42,787 nt of DNA from Euryarchaeota archaeon RBG_19FT_COMBO_69_17 (GCA_001800825.1 MGWD01000025.1:15303-58089); one strand, 5' to 3'; shown: positions 18,287 through 25,913, counted from the first letter of the stretch. Numbers and translations: made by a program. Notes: a model not told the origin generated them from the letters alone.

Positions 18287-18354
18287 ACCTAGCTGAGCTA
18301 CGGGCCCTCGGGCTGGCGGCGGCGACATGCGACCGCAGTCCAAATGGACCCCTC

Positions 18355-18362
18355 TAATTAAA
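18355..18362 (-). promoter_or_regulatory. TATA box (TTTAATTA on the minus strand) upstream of tRNA-Lys and possibly the RNAP operon
   Basis: Strongest AT-rich element between 18308 and 18467, about 47 nt upstream of the tRNA 5' end. This implies a short leader that would be removed by RNase P. Confidence 0.5.
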
Positions 18363-18467
18363 CTTTGCGGCCGATCGGACGCTCCCAGCCTCGCGGCAGC
18401 ACGTCCCGGGCCTTTTTCATCGGACAATCTGGATAATAATCGCGCCTCCGGAGGGACCCCCACAACG

Positions 18468-18475
18468 TTTTATAG
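18468..18475 (+). promoter_or_regulatory. TATA box TTTTATAG for the Zn-ribbon/aEF-1beta pair
   Basis: Centred about 26 nt upstream of GTG 18498, which fits a leaderless geometry. Confidence 0.55.
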
Positions 18476-18497
18476 ACCGCCGTTCTTCCGGCCGGCC

Positions 18498-18668
18498 GTG
18501 AGCCCCTCGGAGAACCGGTGCGCCTCCTGCGGCGCCGTGCTCGTCGGGAGAGGGACCACGTCGTTCCCCTGCCCGAGCTGCGGCCAAAGCCGTATCGGTC
18601 GCTGCGCGCGATGCCGGGACCAGTCCGTCGCGTACCGCTGTCCCCATTGCGCCTTCGAGGGCCCCTGA
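18498..18668 (+). CDS. small Zn-ribbon protein (COG2888-like) commonly found upstream of aEF-1beta
   Basis: GTG start in frame with track ORF 18327..18668. Sequence VSPSENRCASCGAVL...FPCPSCGQSRIGRCARCRDQSVAYRCPHCAFEGP has four CxxC pairs. Synteny with ef1b supports the call. Confidence 0.75.
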   Translation: MSPSENRCASCGAVLVGRGTTSFPCPSCGQSRIGRCARCRDQSVAYRCPHCAFEGP

Positions 18669-18677
18669 GGGACGCGG

Positions 18678-18938
18678 ATGGGGTCCGTCGCGGTCACCCT
18701 GAAGGTCATGCCCGAGGGGATCGAGGTCGACCTCGAGGCGCTCAAGGCTTCCGTCCGGAAGGCCCTCGGATCGAGCTTCCGGACCCTCGAGGAGCGGCCC
18801 GTCGCATTCGGCCTCCGGGCGATCCATGCGGTCGCCATCGTCGATGACGCCGCGGGCGGGTCGGAACCCCTTGAGCAGGCCCTCTCCGCGATCCCCGGGG
18901 TCTCGAGCGTGGAGACGCTCGACGTGGGCCTCGTGTGA
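18678..18938 (+). CDS. ef1b: translation elongation factor aEF-1 beta
   Basis: 86 aa, VAVTLKVMPEGIEVDLEALK...RPVAFGLRAIHAVAIVDDAAGGSE...IPGVSSVETLDVGL, typical of aEF-1beta. Confidence 0.93.
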   Translation: MGSVAVTLKVMPEGIEVDLEALKASVRKALGSSFRTLEERPVAFGLRAIHAVAIVDDAAGGSEPLEQALSAIPGVSSVETLDVGLV

Positions 18939-18942
18939 AGGC

Positions 18943-19677
18943 TCAGTACGCCATCTCGCCGGAGAGGAACGCGCGGACCTCCGGGGTCTGCGAGGCCTCG
19001 AAGATGTCCCGGGCGGGCCCCACCTCCGCCAGGCGTCCCTCGAGGAGGACCCCGACCCGGTCCGCAAGCCGCCTCGCTTGGAACAGGTTGTGGGTCACGA
19101 TCACGATCGTGGAACCTGCCTCCCGACGGTGCCGGAGGACCGCCTGTTCGAGGAGGCGCACGTTCCCCGGATCCAGGTTCGCCGTGAATTCGTCGAGGAA
19201 CAGGACCTCGGGCCGGAGCACCGCGGCCCGCGCGAAGGCGATCCGCTGCTGCTCTCCGCCGCTCAAGCGGTCCGCCCTCTGCCCTGCGGCTTCGAGGAGC
19301 CCGACGAACGCGAGGGCCTGGAACACCCGGACCCGGATCTCCCGGGGATCGACCCCGCGGAGCCAGAGCCCGTACGCCACGTTCTCGAACACGGTCGCGC
19401 GGAACGTGGAGGGGTTCTGCATGATCATCGCCATCCGGCGCCTCTGGTCGAGAGCGGCGGGGGACCCCACGGACACGGAGGCCCCGTGGAACCGGATCTC
19501 GCCCGAGTCGGGCGCGTCGAGGAGGTCCAGGAGGCGGAGGGTCGTCGTCTTCCCGACCCCGCTCGGCCCCACGATCGCGAAGATCTCCCCCGCGGAGATG
19601 CCCGCGTCGATCCCCCGGAGGACCTCCTTTCCGCCGAAGGACTTCCGGACGCCGTGGAGGGAGAGAGGCGGGATCAC
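18943..19677 (-). CDS. tupC: tungstate ABC transporter ATP-binding protein
   Basis: Walker A GPSGVGKT, signature LSGGEQQR, Walker B VLFLDE. The GTG start at 19677 overlaps the tupB stop (GTGA). The track ORF N-terminal extension is R/G/P noise. Confidence 0.85.
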   Translation of the reverse strand: MIPPLSLHGVRKSFGGKEVLRGIDAGISAGEIFAIVGPSGVGKTTTLRLLDLLDAPDSGEIRFHGASVSVGSPAALDQRRRMAMIMQNPSTFRATVFENVAYGLWLRGVDPREIRVRVFQALAFVGLLEAAGQRADRLSGGEQQRIAFARAAVLRPEVLFLDEFTANLDPGNVRLLEQAVLRHRREAGSTIVIVTHNLFQARRLADRVGVLLEGRLAEVGPARDIFEASQTPEVRAFLSGEMAY

Positions 19678-20324
19678 AGGACCCCACGCCCCTGGAGCCG
19701 CTGGAGGACCGCGAACACCGCGAACGCGATCCCAAAGAGGATCACGCCGAGGACCGTCGCCTCGAGGTAATGGGCCTGGGAGGTCTCGAGGACGATCGCG
19801 GTCGTGAGGACGCGCGTGTGGCCGCGGATGTTGCCGCCGACGATGAGGACGGCGCCGACCTCGGACACGGCCCGGCCGAATCCGACCATGACCGCCGTGA
19901 CGACCCCGAGCCGCGCCTCGTGAAGGGCCGTCGCGCGCCACTGGCGATCGTCCGCGCCCAGCGTGCGGGCCGTCTCGTGGAGCCTCCGCTCCACGGCCAT
20001 GACCGCGGAGATCGTGAGCCCCATGACGATCGGGATGACGAGGAAGGTCTGGGCGATGACCATGCCGATCGGGGTGAAGAGCCAGCCGAGGGCGCCGAGG
20101 GGGCCGTCGCGGGAGAGGAGGAGGAAGACGAGGAGCCCCGCGAGGACGGGCGGGAACCCGTAGAACGTGAACGCGAGGGTCCGGACGAAGTTCCTCCCGG
20201 GGAACTCCTTCAAGGCGATGAGGGCCCCCAGGGGCGCGCCGACGACGAACCCGATGAGGGTCGACGTCCCTGCGACGAGCAGGGAAAGCCCCACAATCTG
20301 GAGGACCTCCGCGTCAACCGACAT
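19674..20324 (-). CDS. tupB: tungstate ABC transporter permease
   Basis: 216 aa, multi-TM, with an EAA-like loop (HETARTLGADDRQ). Overlaps the tupA stop by 11 nt. Confidence 0.85.
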   Translation of the reverse strand: MSVDAEVLQIVGLSLLVAGTSTLIGFVVGAPLGALIALKEFPGRNFVRTLAFTFYGFPPVLAGLLVFLLLSRDGPLGALGWLFTPIGMVIAQTFLVIPIVMGLTISAVMAVERRLHETARTLGADDRQWRATALHEARLGVVTAVMVGFGRAVSEVGAVLIVGGNIRGHTRVLTTAIVLETSQAHYLEATVLGVILFGIAFAVFAVLQRLQGRGVL

Positions 20325-21210
20325 GGCCGCACCCGTCTTGCGCTTCCGGATGGAAAGGCTGCTCCCCGCCGGCCGTGTAGTTCCCGATGAGGCCCTGCCC
20401 GCGGGGCGAGACGAGCCACCTTGCGAAGCCCAGGGCCCACGATGACTTCACGTTCGGGTGGAGGGCCGGATTCACGGGGATCACGCTATAGAGGTTCTGC
20501 AGAGGCGGGTCGTTCTGCACGTCCACTTCCAGGTCCAGACTCGATCGGCGGACGAGGAAGGTCCCGTTGTCCGACAAGGTGTACCCACCGAGCTGGGACG
20601 AGACCTCGAGGGTCGCAGCCATCCCCGAGCCCGCCTCCCGATACCAGGAGTCAACGTCCGGGTCCGGGGTGTAGTTGACCCATCCCCAGATCGTCCGCTC
20701 CATGATGTGGGTACCCGAGTTGTCCGCACGGGATACGAAGAGAGCGCGGGACGAGAGGATCCGCGCGAACGCTGCGGTGGCGTTCGTCAGGCCCCGGATC
20801 CCCGCGGGGTCGGACGCAGGCCCCACGACGATGAACTCGTTTCGCATCACCCGGCTCCGGCAGAGGCCGTGGCCCTGGGCCATGAAGTCGAGCTCTATGG
20901 CGGGCGCGTGGACCATGACGATGTCGGCATCCCCCCGCCGGGCCACATCGAGCGCCTGTCCCGTGCCCACGGCGACGTACCGCACGCCGATCCCGGAGTC
21001 CCGCGAGAACTCGGGGAGGAGGTAATCGAGGAGTCCCGAGTCCCGCGTGCTCGTCGTCGTCGCGAGGACGATGTAGGCCTCGGACGACGAGGCGAGGGTG
21101 ACGGCCAATCCGGCGGCGACGAGGAGGAGGGAGAGCCCGAAGGCCGCCCGCCACGCAGTCACGAACCCGGGCCACGGGAGGGGACGCGGGGTCCGATGGA
21201 TGCGGGACAT
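20314..21210 (-). CDS. tupA: tungstate-binding periplasmic-type protein
   Basis: Starts at an internal ATG (21210). It has an N-terminal TM anchor followed by VLATTTSTRDSGLLDYLLPEF, which carries the TTTS signature of TupA-type binding proteins. The track ORF extension to 21690 is antisense to mscS. Confidence 0.8.
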   Translation of the reverse strand: MSRIHRTPRPLPWPGFVTAWRAAFGLSLLLVAAGLAVTLASSSEAYIVLATTTSTRDSGLLDYLLPEFSRDSGIGVRYVAVGTGQALDVARRGDADIVMVHAPAIELDFMAQGHGLCRSRVMRNEFIVVGPASDPAGIRGLTNATAAFARILSSRALFVSRADNSGTHIMERTIWGWVNYTPDPDVDSWYREAGSGMAATLEVSSQLGGYTLSDNGTFLVRRSSLDLEVDVQNDPPLQNLYSVIPVNPALHPNVKSSWALGFARWLVSPRGQGLIGNYTAGGEQPFHPEAQDGCGHVG

Positions 21211-21295
21211 GGGCCCGAGGTCGGGCAAGCCGTGTCCCGTAATAAAAGAGCCGCGGCCATCGTCCCGCACCCGGCTTAACCACATCCGCCAAACC

Positions 21296-21303
21296 TTATG
21301 TAA
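21296..21303 (+). promoter_or_regulatory. TATA-like box TTATGTAA for the mscS-like gene
   Basis: Centred about 26 nt upstream of GTG 21325 (leaderless geometry). Confidence 0.4.
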
Positions 21304-21324
21304 GCGGCGCCTGCTCCCCGCGGC

Positions 21325-22665
21325 GTGTTCCCCCTGGAACTCCAGGTGGAGGGCGACGCCCTTGCCGCGCTCATCGCCCTCCTCCCGTACATCGCGGTCA
21401 TCATCCTCGTCGCCGCGTGCATGATGTGGTTCCTCGCCTTCATGTCCCGGTACTTCGAGTACCTGAAGACCCTCGAGAGCCGGTGGCTGGACCGGGACAC
21501 CCTGGGCTTCGTCCACCGGGTCCTCGAGGTCGTCTGGATCGCCTCCATGGCGATCCTCGTCCTCGGAATCGCCCAGACCCAGAGCCCCGTCCTCCGGGAA
21601 GGCCTCGTCGCCTTCCTGAAGAGGGTCCCGTCCCTCTTCTTCGCCCTCTTCGTGATCTTCATCGCGGCCCTCGTCGTCCGCATCCTCCACCGCTTCGCCG
21701 CGTTCCTCCGCGGGGAGCTCAAGGTCAAACCGAAGCGGATCGCGCCCCCGCGGGCCCTCGCCTTCACGGAGGTCGTCCTGAAGTACCTCATCTACGCAGC
21801 CGCAGTCGCCGTCGCGGTCCTCGGCGCGATCCGCACCCTGCCCGCGGAGGACCAGACGTACTTCGCGATCATCGCGTGGCCGAGCGCGGAGGTCACGGTC
21901 CCCATCGCCGTCGCGGTCCTCCTCGCCCTCCTCGTTATCGCCGTCGCGGACCGTTTCGTGAACTCGATCTTCGAGGACATGAAGAGACGGACGAAGAAGT
22001 TCACCGCTCGGGTCGTGGACGAGTTCAAGTCAATCGCCCGGTACGCGGTCTGGCTCTTGGGCGCCATCGTCCTCGTGTTCGTGCTCCTCGACATCATCCT
22101 GACCGAGGAGCGCCTCGTGATCTTCGCGATCGGATTCGTCGCCTTCCTCCTCCTCGTCGCGGTCCTCACGTTCGACCCCGTGAGGAACGCCCTCGCGGGC
22201 GTCACTCTCATGCGGGCGGACCCCTTCGACGTGGGGGATCGCGTGAAGATTGGCGCGGACCTCGTCTGCGATGTCGTCTCGATGAGCCTGACCCTCACCC
22301 AGGTGCGAACCCTCCGGGGCGAGAGGGCCACGTTCCCGAACGCGCAGCTCCTCCGGACGCCTATCGTGAACTTCAGCCGCTCGAAGCCGTACGCGATGTC
22401 CGTGGAGATTGGGGTGGGCTTCGAGGTGGGCCACGACCGGGTCCGGGAGCTCCTCGTGAAGGCGGCCCGGGAAACGGCGGGGATCGTGCCCGAGCCGCCG
22501 CCTGCGGCCTTCACGAAGGACGTCCGAGGCGACGCGATCGTGTACCAGGTCCTCGCGTACACGGACCGGCCCGAGCGGATGAAGGAGACGAGGTCGGAGC
22601 TCATCGACCGCATCCAGGACGGCTTCGCCGCGGCCTCGATCCGGCCTCACGGCGGGGCCGCCTAG
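21325..22665 (+). CDS. mechanosensitive ion channel protein (MscS family)
   Basis: Several N-terminal TM helices, then an MscS beta-domain (PFDVGDRVKIGADLVCDVVSMSLTLTQVRTLRGERATFPNAQLL...PIVNFSR). GTG start. Confidence 0.88.
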   Translation: MFPLELQVEGDALAALIALLPYIAVIILVAACMMWFLAFMSRYFEYLKTLESRWLDRDTLGFVHRVLEVVWIASMAILVLGIAQTQSPVLREGLVAFLKRVPSLFFALFVIFIAALVVRILHRFAAFLRGELKVKPKRIAPPRALAFTEVVLKYLIYAAAVAVAVLGAIRTLPAEDQTYFAIIAWPSAEVTVPIAVAVLLALLVIAVADRFVNSIFEDMKRRTKKFTARVVDEFKSIARYAVWLLGAIVLVFVLLDIILTEERLVIFAIGFVAFLLLVAVLTFDPVRNALAGVTLMRADPFDVGDRVKIGADLVCDVVSMSLTLTQVRTLRGERATFPNAQLLRTPIVNFSRSKPYAMSVEIGVGFEVGHDRVRELLVKAARETAGIVPEPPPAAFTKDVRGDAIVYQVLAYTDRPERMKETRSELIDRIQDGFAAASIRPHGGAA

Positions 22666-24950
22666 GACGCGCCCTTCCGCAGGAGGAGGACGGGGCACCG
22701 GGCGAGCTTCACGATCCGGTCCTCCACGGGCCCGAGGGCGAACTTGCGAAGGCCCCCGGGGGACGACGCGCGGACGAGCAGGACGGACGCCTCCGCGCTC
22801 TCCTGGAGCGCGACGCTCTCCCATTGTCGAGAGTACAGGATGCGGTGCTCGATGGAGTGGCCCCGCGCGTGGCCCTCGGCGAGGAATGACTCCGCCTCCT
22901 GCTTGAGCCGCTCCGCCTCCGCAGGGTCCCCCGCGAGCCCGAGGACCTCGATCGCCGGGTGGTCCTCCTCCGCGAGGATGAGGGCGAGCTCGTCAATCCC
23001 GGAGAGGGGCCAGATCGGGCTCGTGAGGACGACGAGGCGCTGGAGGGGCGTCCGTAGCCCCTCCGTCTTGAAGATGGCGATGTCGCACGGGGCGTTCTCG
23101 ATGAGGTAGTCCAGGTTGCTCCCGAGCATCCGCCGTTCGCCCTCCACGCGGGTTCCCCGCCAGCCCGTGACGAGGAGGTTCACGGCCTCCTCCCGGAGGG
23201 TGTCGAGGATGATCTCGTACACCTTGTGTCCGATCTTCACGACGGGGCGGGTGTCGACGCCGAAGCGGGACGCCAATCTCGAGACCTTCTGGAGGCCCTT
23301 GATCCGATCGTCCACGTACCGGAAGCGGATCGCCTTCGGCGGGAGGTTTCTCGGGATCTCGACGACGTTGAGGAGGCTGAGTTCCGCGCCCCGGGCGCGG
23401 GCCACGCGGGCGGCGAACTCCACGAGGTCCGCGTCCTCGAACTCCCGTAGGGGGAGGAAGACCCGGTATCGCTCGAGCTCGACCGCGTCCTCCGCCGCCG
23501 TGAGGACGTCCGCGATCTCGGGCTGCGCCAGCGCCCCCACGCGGATCGCTTGGCGACCCCCCGCGAACCAATGGAAGATGAGGCCGAGGGCGACCCAGAG
23601 CAGGCCCAGGTACGTCGCGAGGGCCCCCGCGGGAAGACGGCTGTCCGCGGCGCCGGGGTAGTTCCACAGGACCGCGCCGACGACGATGTTCAGCGCGACA
23701 GCAACGATGGGGACCGCGGGCACAAGCGGGACACGGAACCCGGGCGCCGTCCTGCGCTCCCGGCGGCGGAGGGTGACGACGGAGGCCTGCACGAAGGAGA
23801 ACAGGAGGAGGAACGCGAGGCTCCCGAGGATCGCGATCGTCTCGAGCCCGAACGCGAAGAGGCTCGCGGAGAGGGCGGCGGTCGCGAGGAGGGCGAAGAT
23901 GGGTACGTCCCGGTTCCCAACGGACGCGAGACGGCCGGGGAGGAACCCGTCCCGAGCCATCTCGAAGGACGTCTTCGTGGCCGCCGTGAGGTTCGCCCCG
24001 AGGGCGCCCCACATGACCGCGATTCCGACGAGGAGGAAGGCGCCGCGCATCCCCGGGACCGGCAGGTTCGCGAAGCCGACGAGGGCGAAGTCCTCCGGCG
24101 TCCCGGAGCACGCCTCGCACGCCGGCCATCCCGCGACGGACGACGAGGGCAGGTTACCAAGGACCGCGGTGACGAGGAGCGCATAGACCCCGAGGGAGAG
24201 GATGACCGCGAGGAGGATCCCCCGGGCGACCGTGCGCTCGGGCTTCTTCGTCTGGTCCGCGAGCTGGGCGATCACCTCGAACCCCTCAAAGGCGAGGAAG
24301 AACACGCCCGCCCCGACGAGGAGGCCGAGAAGGCCCGGCTGCGCGTCGCCCGCGCCAAGGCCCCGCGGGGGGCCGGGCAGGAGCGCGTACACGATTCCGA
24401 CGCCGGCGAACGCCAGGAGGACAACGACCTTGCCCAGGGTGAGACGCCCGAGCGCCCGTCGGGAAACGTGGACCCGGCCGTAGTGGAAGGCGACCGCAAA
24501 CCCGAGGGCCGCGACGGCCGCGAGCCGCTCCCGCCCCCCCAGGGGCTCGAAGGGCGTGTCGGACCGGGCGAGGAACTCCACGAGGAACGCGCCGAGGCCG
24601 AGGGCGCTGAGGGCCGTCGCAGCGACATGGCCGCCCCAGGAGGCCCATCCGCTGAGGAAGCCGCTCGGTGCGGGGAGGGCGGAGCGCACCCAGGCGTAGG
24701 CGCCCCCCGCGGCCCCGGGGCGTCCCGACGCGAGCTCCGCATAGCCGAGCCCCGACAGGAGGACGATGAGGCCCGCGAGGACGACGCTGAGGAGGGTCAG
24801 CCCCCCCGCGACCGTGAACGTCGCGCCGGAGAGGAGGAAGATCCCCGCCCCGACCATCGCCCCGACGGCCGCCATCGTCACGTCGAGGAGGCCGAGGTCC
24901 CTCGTGACTCGAACGCGGACTTCGTCCCGCACGGGAGAGGGGGACGCCAC
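22662..24950 (-). CDS. APC-family amino acid/polyamine permease fused to tandem universal stress protein (Usp) domains
   Basis: 762 aa with about 12 TM segments in the N-terminal 440 aa (GAGIFLLSG motif). The C-terminal region has two Usp-like alpha/beta domains (VLLVRASSPGGLRKFALGPVEDRIVKLARCPVLLL). Confidence 0.85.
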   Translation of the reverse strand: MASPSPVRDEVRVRVTRDLGLLDVTMAAVGAMVGAGIFLLSGATFTVAGGLTLLSVVLAGLIVLLSGLGYAELASGRPGAAGGAYAWVRSALPAPSGFLSGWASWGGHVAATALSALGLGAFLVEFLARSDTPFEPLGGRERLAAVAALGFAVAFHYGRVHVSRRALGRLTLGKVVVLLAFAGVGIVYALLPGPPRGLGAGDAQPGLLGLLVGAGVFFLAFEGFEVIAQLADQTKKPERTVARGILLAVILSLGVYALLVTAVLGNLPSSSVAGWPACEACSGTPEDFALVGFANLPVPGMRGAFLLVGIAVMWGALGANLTAATKTSFEMARDGFLPGRLASVGNRDVPIFALLATAALSASLFAFGLETIAILGSLAFLLLFSFVQASVVTLRRRERRTAPGFRVPLVPAVPIVAVALNIVVGAVLWNYPGAADSRLPAGALATYLGLLWVALGLIFHWFAGGRQAIRVGALAQPEIADVLTAAEDAVELERYRVFLPLREFEDADLVEFAARVARARGAELSLLNVVEIPRNLPPKAIRFRYVDDRIKGLQKVSRLASRFGVDTRPVVKIGHKVYEIILDTLREEAVNLLVTGWRGTRVEGERRMLGSNLDYLIENAPCDIAIFKTEGLRTPLQRLVVLTSPIWPLSGIDELALILAEEDHPAIEVLGLAGDPAEAERLKQEAESFLAEGHARGHSIEHRILYSRQWESVALQESAEASVLLVRASSPGGLRKFALGPVEDRIVKLARCPVLLLRKGAS

Positions 24951-24995
24951 GGGCGGAGAACGAGGGAAGGACTACTTGAGTCTATGTTGAAGGGT

Positions 24996-25529
24996 CTACG
25001 CGTCCGGCTTCGTCGCGGACTTCACGATCATGGAGCCGAGGGAGTGGAACACGGTCTCCACGTTCTCTCCCGTTTTCGCGCTGGTGAGGTAGTAGGGCGC
25101 GTCGAACGCCTCCGTGGCCTGCCCGACTTGATCCTCCCCGAAGGCGGCCTGGTCCTTCAGGTCCGTCTTGTTCACGGCAAACACGACGGGAATCTCCCCG
25201 ACCGTGCGGAAGACGGACTCGACCCAGGAATCGAGGTCCTCCAGGGTGTCGTACCGCGTGAGGTCGGCGACGGCCAGGATGCCCTGGGCCCCGTGGAAGT
25301 AGGCCTCCCGGAGGAGCTCCCGGAAGCCCTTCGAGCCCATGATGTCCCAGATCGTCATGTCCATCTGGATCGCCCCGCCGCCCCGCTCGTCGAGGGTCAT
25401 CTCTTTCTTGGAGACCTTCGCCCCGAGGGTGACGATGTAGCGGTCGTCGAACTCATCGAGGACGTAGCGGCGGATGAGCGAGGTCTTCCCCACCGCGTGC
25501 TCGCCCACGAGGCAGATCTTGACCTTCAT
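24996..25529 (-). CDS. Ras/Rab-like small GTPase
   Basis: Starts at an internal ATG (25529; the track start is TTG). G1 GEHAVGKT, G2 Thr in IVTLG, G3 WDIMG, G4 NKTD, G5 TSAK. Confidence 0.88.
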   Translation of the reverse strand: MKVKICLVGEHAVGKTSLIRRYVLDEFDDRYIVTLGAKVSKKEMTLDERGGGAIQMDMTIWDIMGSKGFRELLREAYFHGAQGILAVADLTRYDTLEDLDSWVESVFRTVGEIPVVFAVNKTDLKDQAAFGEDQVGQATEAFDAPYYLTSAKTGENVETVFHSLGSMIVKSATKPDA

Positions 25530-25660
25530 CCGACGGGGCTCTGCCAATCTCGCACGACCTCGAGGACGGGCGCGGGTCCTCCCGTGCCGATGGCATCCGA
25601 CACGCTCTATTTAGTCGTTTGTGAGTCATTTCGCGGCGACGAAACCTGAGCCCCGCGACT

Positions 25661-25760
25661 CCAGACGACGCGCTGCGGGAACGGTATTTCGATGCCCTCG
25701 CCGGCGAAGCGTCGGCGGATCGCCTCCCCGATGTCGCTCGTGCCCACGGAGCAGGTGACG
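25661..25760 (-). pseudogene. possible relic of an MscS-family C-terminus
   Basis: The minus-frame peptide VVTCSVGTSDIGEAIRRRFAGEGIEIPFPQRVVW resembles the conserved MscS C-terminal (a/b)GIEIPFPQ block. Upstream sequence in the same frame is R/S/P noise and there is no plausible start. Confidence 0.35.
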
Positions 25761-25913
25761 ACCGCGGGGGAGGACCGCGAGGACGATCCGTAGGAACGCC
25801 AACCCAGCGACCGGGGCGGCGGGGGCCATACGGGGCCACGCGACGGCTGCATGGGAGACAGTGGTTGCGCGCGAGACGCGCGCGGGCGCGCTCCTTGCGA
25901 TTCGGGTCGAGCA

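Larger units (their letters stand above)
18143..18307 (-). tRNA. tRNA-Lys (anticodon UUU at 18244-18246) with three predicted introns; 165-nt gene, 74-nt mature
   Basis: Hand-folded. Acceptor GGGCCCG/CGGGCCC, D arm GCUC-AGCUAGGUA-GAGC, anticodon arm UCCGG-CUUUUAA-CCGGG, variable loop UGGUC, T arm CGGGG-UUCGAAU-CCCCG, discriminator G. This fold needs removal of 27, 31 and 33 nt, each flanked by bulge-helix-bulge-type pairing. Confidence 0.8.

Noticed and set aside
18242-18463. 73-aa minus ORF overlapping the tRNA-Lys 5' part and its promoter
   Set aside because: It overlaps a much better supported tRNA gene and its TATA box. The peptide is featureless.
18417-19941. ORFs 18417..19067, 18470..19735, 18826..19770, 18935..19807 and the N-terminal 88 aa of 18943..19941
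   Set aside because: They overlap the Zn-ribbon/ef1b genes and tupC in other frames. The tupC extension overlaps tupB and is R/G/P-rich. GTG 19677 gives a normal ABC ATPase N-terminus coupled to the tupB stop.
21211-21690. N-terminal 160 aa (MEDADDEGRDEDHEEGEEEG...) of track ORF 20314..21690
   Set aside because: This part is antisense to the mscS-like gene start and to the divergent promoter region, and its composition is acidic and low-complexity. The TupA-like sequence begins at ATG 21210 with a TM anchor.
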